Shown here in pieces: positions 1 through 8,151 of a stretch of DNA of 10,204 nucleotides. A program made the position numbers and the translations under genes. How positions within the stretch are numbered: position 1 is the stretch's first letter; every line of letters starts with the position of its first letter. This stretch comes from Octopus sinensis (taxonomy: Eukaryota). The stretch covers positions 1 through 10,204 of the forward strand of contig NW_021827387.1 in assembly GCF_006345805.1 (NCBI RefSeq), written 5' to 3'. Below the pieces are notes generated by a model. It saw only the letters and a program-made list of their open reading frames with translations. It ran no database searches and had not been told where the DNA came from.

Positions 1-8
1 TTATTTGC

Positions 9-30
9 AAAAAAAAAAAAAAAAAAAAAA
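9..30 (+). repeat. poly-A tract (A22)
   Basis: Uninterrupted run of A at 9-30. Confidence 0.95.
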
Positions 31-167
31 GAAATATAAAATGTGACTTCATTGACCGAGGTTACCGTGGTCTTTTCCGCAGGCTATTCTTTCCACGGGT
101 AAACCTCACCTGTCCTCCCCTTTACACTTCATATTGACATTTCTGTGATAACGATCCCTATTGATCA

Positions 168-295
168 TTTTTTTTCCTCTCCCCCCCCCCCCCCCTTTTT
201 TTTTTTAACCCCCCTTATTTTTGTCCTCTTTCTCTCCTTTTACGATCCCTTTTGATCGAACCTCCCCCTTCCTTTTTTTTTTCTTTTTTTTTTTT
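168..295 (+). repeat. polypyrimidine / homopolymer low-complexity tract
   Basis: C15 (181-195) followed by T11 (196-206), plus further T/C runs to about 295. Confidence 0.85.
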
Positions 296-371
296 AATAC
301 CTTCAAAAGAAAAGCTCTACCTTGTAATTTGTTCTATCTGTGTGCAGCCCTGTGTGGCTAATAAAGAAACA

Positions 372-822
<451 letters not shown>

Positions 823-1187
823 TCTCTGGTGTCTGTCCGCGTCTATCTTTCTATATACCTGTACCTACACCCATCACATCACACACAACATAACACAAAT
901 ACGCACACAGACATACATTTTTTTCACCTTGATTGCGCAAGCCCTATTCATAAACAGCTCTAAAGCTAATTAAACAATTAAAAAAACACAAATTTCTCTC
1001 CCAGATAGATTACAGCTCAGAATGCCAGGTGGTTTACCTATTACCACGCCCACTCCCTCCACGCCATCACCACCAACAACAAACAAAAAATCAACAAAGG
1101 TATTACTAAAACACTGCAAATACGCCAGCCATCGCCTGGATATTACTTCAAACAATAAAGCCTTCATTAACAAAACATTCACTATAC

Positions 1188-1886
1188 GCCGGAGTGGATA
1201 GGGCAGGGACTCGCGGTCGTAGGATCACGGTTTCGATTCCCAGACCGGGCGTTGTGAGTGTTTATTGAGCGAAAACACCTAAAAGCTCCACGAGGCTCCG
1301 GCAGGGGATTGTGGTGATCCCTGCTGTACTCTTTCACCACAACTTTCTCCCACTCTTACTTCCTGTTTCTGTTGTACCTGTATTTCAAAGGGCCGACCTT
1401 GTCACTCTCTGTGTCACGCCGAATATCCCCGAGAACTACGTTAAGGGTACACGTGTCTGTGGAGTGCTCAGCCACTTACACGTTAATTTCACGAGCAGGC
1501 TGTTCCGTTGATTCGGATCAGCTGGGACCCTCATCGTCGTAACCGATGGAGTGCTCCTGCAAGGGGTGGTGGTGAACCCTGCTGTACTCTTTCACCACAA
1601 CTTTCTCCCACTCTTACTTCCTGTTTCTGTTGTACCTGTATTTCAAGGGGCCGGCCTTGTCACTCTCTGTGTCACGCCGAATATCCCCGAGAACTACGTT
1701 AAGGGTACACGTGTCTGTGGAGTGCTCAGTCACTTACACGTTAATTTCACGAGCAGGCTGTTCCGTTGATCGGATCAACCGGAACCCTCATCGTCGTAAC
1801 CGACGGAGTGCTCCTGCAGGGGGTGGTGGTGAACCCTGCTGTACTCTTTCACCACAACTTTCTCTCACTCTTACTTCCTGTTTCTG
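1188..1886 (+). mobile_element. tRNA-derived SINE (family 1) with a tandemly repeated 3' module; degraded 5' A box; 3' end cut by (TATG)n
   Basis: B-box-like GGTTTCGATTCC at 1229-1240. The head aligns to the reverse complement of 7841-7949, and the body aligns to 6551-7840. Confidence 0.85.
1300..1886 (+). repeat. 258-bp module x 2.3 (1300-1557, 1558-1814, partial 1815-1886)
   Basis: Junction GGAGTGCTCC|TGCA(A/G)GGGG recurs at 1557/1558 and 1814/1815. Periods are 258 and 257 bp. Confidence 0.95.
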
Positions 1887-2076
1887 AATGAATGTATGTA
1901 TGTATGTATGTATGTATGTATGTATGTATGTATGTATGTATGTACGTATGCATGTATGTATAAATGAATGTAAGTATATATGTATGTGTGTATTATGTAT
2001 GTGTGTGTGAATGTATGTATGTATGTTTCTATATATGTATGTATGTATGTGTGTATGTGTGTATGTATGTATGTGT
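1887..2076. repeat. compound (TATG)n/(TG)n microsatellite
   Basis: Direct reading. Confidence 0.95.
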
Positions 2077-2186
2077 GTACCGTAAAAGTTCATACATACG
2101 TCTATATACACACAAACACAAGAAAAAACCATGGTTAAAGATAGTGTTTGTGTGTATATAGACGTATGTATGAACTTTTACGGTAC
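2077..2186. repeat. 110-bp palindrome with perfect 43-bp arms; possible MITE
   Basis: 2077-2119 GTACCGTAAAAGTTCATACATACGTCTATATACACACAAACAC is the exact reverse complement of 2144-2186. The 24-bp spacer contains the centred palindrome AACCATGGTT. Confidence 0.9.
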
Positions 2187-2353
2187 GCATGTGTGTGTGT
2201 ATGAGGTTGTATATGTATGCGTATATATTTGGCGAAAAATGCGAGTGAAGATGTATACGTTTCCATAGTGACGTATAAGTACGCACGTGGGTTTTCGCGC
2301 GCACAATTATAATACAGTAATTTCCCTTTATATAACGGTATCTTTTCATAGCG

Positions 2354-2530
2354 TTTTTCAAATGGCCAGATAACCGAAGACATGGTGTTGTGGATTTCCA
2401 CTTCGGCATCTGAAACTCAGTTTTATCTTGACTATTGAGTAAATGTAACATATTATTTTATAGATAAATTTCCTCTATTTACATAATATTGAAGTCTCTT
2501 TCTTTCTTTCTTTTGTTATCTTACCGTTTT
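2354..2530 (-). mobile_element. foldback/MITE-like repeat arm (type R)
   Basis: Imperfect reverse complement of 2588-2755 and same-orientation homolog of 6417-6528. The inner end GTTATCTTACCGTTTT pairs exactly with AAAACGGTAAGATAAC. Confidence 0.7.
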
Positions 2531-2535
2531 TACGA

Positions 2536-2569
<34 letters not shown>

Positions 2570-2580
2570 GTGTATATATA
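2536..2580. repeat. (TA)n microsatellite between the inverted arms
   Basis: Direct reading. Confidence 0.95.
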
Positions 2581-2587
2581 TTGATGG

Positions 2588-2755
2588 AAAACGGTAAGAT
2601 AACAAAAGAAAGAAAGAGACCTCGATATTATGTAAATAGAGGAATTTATCTGTAAAAGTAATATATAACAATTGTTCGGTAGCCAAGATAAAACTCCGAG
2701 TATCGGATGCTGAGGTGGAAAACCACGCTGTCATCTCTTCCGGCCATCGGAAAAA
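2588..2755 (+). mobile_element. foldback/MITE-like repeat arm (type L)
   Basis: 2668-2740 matches 6283-6355 at 72/73 positions. Inverted relative to 2354-2530. Confidence 0.7.
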
Positions 2756-2758
2756 TCA

Positions 2759-5700
2759 TAAAAAATAGGGAATTTCATAGAAAAAAATCACCTTTTTGAT
2801 GTAAATAATTTTTGGTTGTTAACATGGTCCGATCTGAATTTTATCTTCTACGGAATGAAGAGCAAGCCTTCTTCTATCATACTCTCAATTTTGGTCAACT
2901 TGTACCGCAGGGTCTCGGAGGAGATAGTGTTGGTTGAAGGCTACCAAACCTGCCACACACACACAGACAACTTCAGCTTTATAAATAGTAAAAAACAGAT
3001 TTTCATAGAAAAAAAGCACGTTTTTGATGTAAATAATTTTTGGTTGTTAACATGGTCCGATCTGAATTTTATCTTCTACGGAATGAAGAGCAAGCCTTCT
3101 TCTATCATACTCTCAATTTTGGTCAACTTGTACCGCAGGGTCTCGGAGGAGATAGTGTTGGTTGAAGGCTACCAAACCTGCCACACACACAGAGACAACT
3201 TCAGCTTTATAAATAGTAAAAAACAGATTTTCATAGAAAAAAAGCACGTTTTTGATGTAAATAATTTTTGGTGTTAACATGGTCCGATCTGAATTTTATC
3301 TTCTACGGAATGAAGAGCAAGCCTTCTTCTATCATACTCTCAATTTTGGTCAACTTGTACCGCAGGGTCTCGGAGGAGATAGTGTTGGTTGAAGGCTACC
3401 AAACCTGCCACACACACACAGACAGACAACTTCAGCTTTATAAATAGTAAAAAATAGAGATTTTCATAGAAAAAAAGCACGTTTTTGATGTAAATAATTT
3501 TTGGTGTTAACATGGTCCGATCTGAATTTTATCTCTCTACGGAATGAAGAGCAGCCTTCTCTATCATACTCTCATTTTGGTCAACTTGTACCGCAGGGTC
3601 TCGGAGGAGATAGTGTTGGTTGAAGGCTACCAAACCTGCCACACACACACAGACAACTTCAGCTTTATAAATAGTAAAAAATAGAGATTTTCATAGAAAA
3701 AAAGCACGTTTTTGATGTAAATAATTTTTGGTGTTAACATGGTCCGATCTGAATTTTATCTTCTACGGAATGAAGAGCAAGCCTTCTTCTATCATACTCT
3801 CAATTTTGGTCAACTTGCGCCGCAGGGTCTCGGAGGAGACAGTGTTAGTTGAAGGCTACCAAACCTGCCACACACACACAGACAACTTCAGCTTTATAAA
3901 TAGTAAAAAATAGAGATTTTCATAGAAAAAAAGCACGTTTTTGATGTAAATAATTTTTGGTGTTAACATGGTCCGATCTGAATTTTATCTTCTACGGAAT
4001 GAAGAGCAAGCCTTCTTCTATCATACTCTCAATTTTGGTCAACTTGTACCGCAGGGTCTCGGAGGAGATAGTGTTGGTTGAAGGCTACCAAACCTGCCAC
4101 ACACACACAGACAACTTCAGCTTTATAAATAGTAAAAAATAGAGATTTTCATAGAAAAAAAGCACGTTTTTGATGTAAATAATTTTTGGTGTTAACATGG
4201 TCCGATCTGAATTTTATCTTCTACGGAATGAAGAGCAAGCCTTCTTCTATCATACTCTCAATTTTGGTCAACTTGTACCGCAAGGTCTCGGAGGAGATAG
4301 TGTTGGTTGAAGGCTACCAAACCTGCCACACACACACAGACAACTTCAGCTTTATAAATAGTAGAAAATAGAGATTTTCATAGAAAAAAAGCACGTTTTT
4401 GATGTAAATAATTTTTGGTGTTAACATGGTCCGATCTGAATTTTATCTTCTACGGAATGAAGAGCAAGCCTTCTTCTATCATACACTCAATTTTGGTCAA
4501 CTTGTACCGCAGGGTCTCGGAGGAGATAGTGTTGGTTGAAGGCTACCAAACCTGCCACACACACACAGACAACTTCAGCTTTATAAATAGTAAAAAATAG
4601 AGATTTTCATAGAAAAAAAGCACGTTTTTGATGTAAATAATTTTTGGTGTTAACATGGTCCGATCTGAATTTTATCTTCTACGGAATGAAGAGCAAGCCT
4701 TCTTCTATCATACTCTCAATTTTGGTCAACTGGTACCGCAGGGTCTCGGAGGAGATAGTGTTGGTTGAAGGCTACCAAACCTGCCACACACACACAGACA
4801 ACTTCAGCTTTATATATAGTAAAAAATAGAGATTTTCATAGAAAAAAAGCACGTTTTTGATGTAAATAATTTTTGGTGTTAACATGGTCCGATCTGAATT
4901 TTATCTTCTACGGAATGAAGAGCAAGCCTTCTTCTATCATACTCTCAATTTTGGTCAACTTGTACCGCAGGGTCTCGGAGGAGATAGTGTTGGTTGAAGG
5001 CTAACATGGTCCGCTTCGAATTTTATTTTCTACGGAATGAAGAGCAAGCCTTCTTCTATCATACTCTCAATTTTGGTCAACTTGCGCCGCAGGGTCTCGG
5101 AGGAGACAGTGTTAGTTGAAGGCTACCAAACCTGCCACACACACACAGACAACTTCAGCTTTATAAATAGTAAAAAATAGAGATTTTCATAGAAAAAAAG
5201 CACGTTTTTGATGTAAATAATTTTTGGTGTTAACATGGTCCGATCTGAATTTTATCTTCTACGGAATGAAGAGCAAGCCTTCTTCTATCATACTCTCAAT
5301 TTTGTCAACTTGTACCGCAGGGTCTCGAAGGAGATAGTGTTGGTTGAAGGCTACCAAACCTGCCACACACACACAGACAACTTCAGCTTTATAAAAGTAA
5401 AAAATAGAGATTTTCATAGAAAAAAAGCACGTTTTGATTTTAAATAATTTTTGTTGTTAACATGGACCGATCTGAATTTTATCTTTCTACGATGAAGAGC
5501 AAGCCTTCTTCTATCATACTCTCAATTTTGGTCAACTTGTACCGCAGGGTCTCGGAGGAGATAGTGTTGGTTGAAGGCTACCAAACCTGCCACACACACC
5601 ACACAGACAACTTCAGCTTTATAAATAGTAAAAAATAGAGATTTTCATAGAAAAAAAGCACTTTTTGATGTAAATAATTTTTGTTGTTAACATGGACCGA

Positions 5701-5856
5701 TCTGAATTTTATCTTCTACGGAATGAAGAGCAAGCCTTCTTCTATCATACTCTCAATTTTGGTCAACTTGCGCCGCAGGGTCTCGGAGGAGATAGTGTTA
5801 GTTGAAGGCTACCAAACCTGCCACACACACAGACAACCTCAGCTTTATATATATAG
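2759..5856 (+). repeat. tandem array of a ~229-bp monomer: 12 full units plus one 351-bp fused 1.5-unit; Helentron/HINE-like
   Basis: Unit starts (TAAAAAA) at 2759, 2989, 3217, 3448, 3675, 3904, 4133, 4362, 4591, 4820, 5171, 5398, 5629. Each unit carries a short (CA)n and ends in CAGCTTTATA(A/T)ATAG, with a variant end in the 5171 unit. Confidence 0.97.
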
Positions 5857-5942
5857 GTATATCTGTAAATATATATATATATATATATATATTTATATGT
5901 ATGTAAATATATATATATATATAGGTATATCTGTAAATATAT
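5845..5942. repeat. (TA)n tract containing a duplicated ATATAGGTATATCTGTAAATATAT block (5851-5874, 5919-5942)
   Basis: Direct reading; period 68 bp. Confidence 0.85.
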
Positions 5943-6254
5943 GGAAGGCGCATGGCTCAGTGGTTAGAGCGTTGAGCTTACGATCGTGAGGTTGTGAGCT
6001 CGAATCCCGGACCGGGCTGCGTGTTGTGTTCTTGAGCAAGGCACTTTATTTCACGTTGCTCCAGTTCACTCAGCTGTAGAAATGAGTTGCGACGTCACGG
6101 GTGCCAAGCTGTATCGACCTTTGTCTTTCCCTTGGATAACACTGGTGGCGTGGAGAGGGGAGGCCGGTATGCATGGGCGACTACTGGTCTTCCATAAAAA
6201 CAACCTTGCCCAGACTTGTGCCTCAGAGGGTAACTCTCTAGGGGGTCTTTACCC
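5943..6254 (+). mobile_element. tRNA-derived CORE-type SINE (family 2)
   Basis: A box TGGCTCAGTGG at 5953-5963. Degenerate B box AGCTCGAATCC at 5997-6007. CORE-like segment TGTGTTCTTGAGCAAGGCACTT...CAGCTGTAGAAATGAG at about 6025-6086. T6 at 6255-6260. Candidate TSD TATATCTGTAAAT at 5926-5938 and 6260-6272. Confidence 0.85.
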
Positions 6255-6260
6255 TTTTTT

Positions 6261-6528
6261 ATATCTGTAAATGTTATATGTGACAATTGTTCGGTAGCCA
6301 TGATAAAACTCCGAGTATCGGATGCTGAGGTGGAAAACCACGCTGTCATCTCTTCAGTAATCCGGCCATCTCATACACTTGTAAAAGAAAGCTTTCCATC
6401 CCACACACTTACGGCATTTTTCCGATGGCCAGATAACTGTAGAGATGGCGGCGTGGACCTCCACCTCGGCATCCGAAACTCAGAGTTTTATTATGGCTAC
6501 TGAATAATTGTCATATATTACTTTTACA
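6261..6528. mobile_element. foldback/MITE-like element: L arm (6261-6370), 46-bp spacer, R arm (6417-6528)
   Basis: The two arms are imperfect reverse complements of about 110 bp and are homologous to 2645-2755 and 2354-2465. Confidence 0.75.
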
Positions 6529-6550
6529 CACACATATATATGGATGGAAG

Positions 6551-7840
6551 CACTCCGTCGGTTACGACGACGAGGGTTCCGGTTGATCCGAATCAACGGA
6601 CCAGCCTGCTCGTGAAATTAACGTGTAAGTGGCTGAGCACTCCACAGACACGTGTACCCTTAACGTAGTTCTCGGGGATATTCAGCGTGTCACAGAGAGT
6701 GACAAGGCCGGCCCCTTGAAATACAGGTACAACAGAAACAGGAAGTAAGAGTGAGAGAAAGTTGTGGTGAAAGAGTACAGCAGGGGTCACCACCACTCCC
6801 TGCCGGAGCACTCCGTCGGTTACGACGATGAGGGTTCCAGTTGATCCGAATCAACGGAACAGCCTGCTCGTGAAATTAACGTGTAAGTGGCTGAGCACTC
6901 CACAGACACGTGTACCCTTAACGTAGTTCTCGGGGATATTCAGCGTGACACAGAGAGTGACAAGGCCGGCCCTTTGAAATACAGGTACAACAGAAACAGG
7001 AAGTAAGAGTGAGAGAAAGTTGTGGTGAAAGAGTAAAGCAGGGTTCACCACCACCCCCTGCAGGAGCACTCCGTCGGTTACGACGACGAGGGTTCCGGTT
7101 GATCCGAATCAACGGAACAGCCTGCTCGTGAAATTAACGTGTAAGTGGCTGAGCACTCCACAGACACGTGTACCCTTAACGTAGTTCTCGGGGATATTCA
7201 GCGTGACACAGAGAGTGACAAGGACGGCCCCTTGAAATACAGGTACAACAGAAACAGGAAGTAAGAGTGAGAGAAAGTTGTGGTGAAAGAGTACAGCAGG
7301 GATCACCACCACCCCTTACAGGAGCACTCCGTCGGTTACGACGATGAGGATCCCAGCTGATCCGAATCAACGGAACAGCCTGCTCGTGAAATTAACGTGT
7401 AAGTGGCTGAGCACTCCACAGACACGTGTACCCTTAACGTAGTTCTCGGGGATATTCAGCGTGACACAGGGAGTGACAAGGCCGACCCTTTGAAATACAG
7501 GTACAACAGAAACAGGAAGTAAGAGTGAGAGAAAGTTGTGATGAAAGAGTACAGCAGGGATCACCACCACCCCTTGCAGGAGCACTCCGTCGGTTACGAC
7601 GATGAGGATCCCAGCTGATCCGAATCAACGGAACAGCCTGCTCATGAAATTAACGTGTAAGTGGCTGAGCACTCCACAGACACGTGTACCCTTAACGTAG
7701 TTCTCGGGGATATTCAGCGTGTCACAGGGAGTGACAAGGCCGACCCTTTGAAATACAGGTACAACAGAAACAGGAAGTAAGAGTGAGAGAAAGTTGTGGT
7801 GAAAGAGTACAGCAGGGATCACCACCATCCCCTGCCGGAG
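6551..7840 (-). repeat. 258-bp module x 5
   Basis: CACTCCGTCGGTTACG recurs at 6551, 6809, 7067, 7325 and 7583 (exact 258-bp period). The head begins at 7841. Confidence 0.97.
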
Positions 7841-7894
7841 CCTCGTGGAGCTTTAGGTGTTTTCGCTCAATAAACACTCACAACGCCCGGTCTG

Positions 7895-7949
7895 GGAATC
7901 GAAACCGCGATCCTATGACCGCAAGTCCGCTGCCCTAACCACTGGGCCA
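7895..7949 (-). promoter_or_regulatory. internal RNA polymerase III type-2 promoter (A and B boxes) of the SINE
   Basis: The A box matches TRGCNNAGTGG. The B box is GGTTTCGATTCC. Spacing is tRNA-like. Confidence 0.75.
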
Positions 7950-7980
7950 TTGCGCCTCCACACACACATATATATATATA

Positions 7981-8043
7981 GAAATGACTAGAGACCGAGA
8001 CCTCTGGAAGTATGCTGTGCGTGAGAAGACCCGGCAAGACTAG
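7981..8043 (+). pseudogene. C-terminal remnant of an RTE-like ORF: EMTRDRDLWKYAVREKTRQD*
   Basis: Manual translation of 7981-8043. It resembles the ...xDRxxWRxxV... C-terminal motif of RTE reverse transcriptase ORFs and is not in the ORF track. Confidence 0.6.
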
Positions 8044-8151
8044 TGAGACCATAACCCGTGGCCTCTACGTGGTATGTAGCCAGTCGACTTATGCATACCT
8101 TTCCTTCATGGGACGCAAAACTCCACTTGTGGGGAGCCGTTAAGGCAAGTG

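Larger units (their letters stand above)
6542..7959 (-). mobile_element. full-length tRNA-derived SINE (family 1) with five tandem 258-bp 3' modules
   Basis: Head 7841-7959 has A box TGGCCCAGTGG (7939-7949, -) and B box GGTTTCGATTCC (7895-7906, -). Flanking 16-bp direct repeat ACACACACATATATAT at 6526-6541 and 7960-7975. Confidence 0.9.

Noticed and set aside
1023-1080. G-quadruplex on the minus strand of the C-rich segment
   Set aside because: Mostly GG runs with only two GGG runs; weak and unremarkable.
2759-5856. CRISPR-like array
   Set aside because: Units are contiguous near-identical 229-mers with no unique spacers, there are no cas genes, and the context is eukaryotic.
2816-5989. Repeated 61-153-aa ORFs (MVLTWSDLNF...) as a tandem gene family
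   Set aside because: They are satellite monomers. Frameshifting indels in several units and TTG starts show no coding constraint.
5943-6020. Functional tRNA genes (also 7880-7959)
   Set aside because: A and B boxes are present, but no complete cloverleaf or acceptor stem could be read and both continue into SINE bodies.
1311-7828. Repeated 64-85-aa ORFs (MLLQGVVV..., MIRISWD...)
   Set aside because: They are by-products of the 258-bp SINE module; no recognisable domain.
1300-7840. Hammerhead ribozyme (retrozyme-like) in the 258-bp or 229-bp units
   Set aside because: No CTGANGA core paired with GAAA was found by eye on either strand. An Infernal/RNAMotif scan would be decisive.
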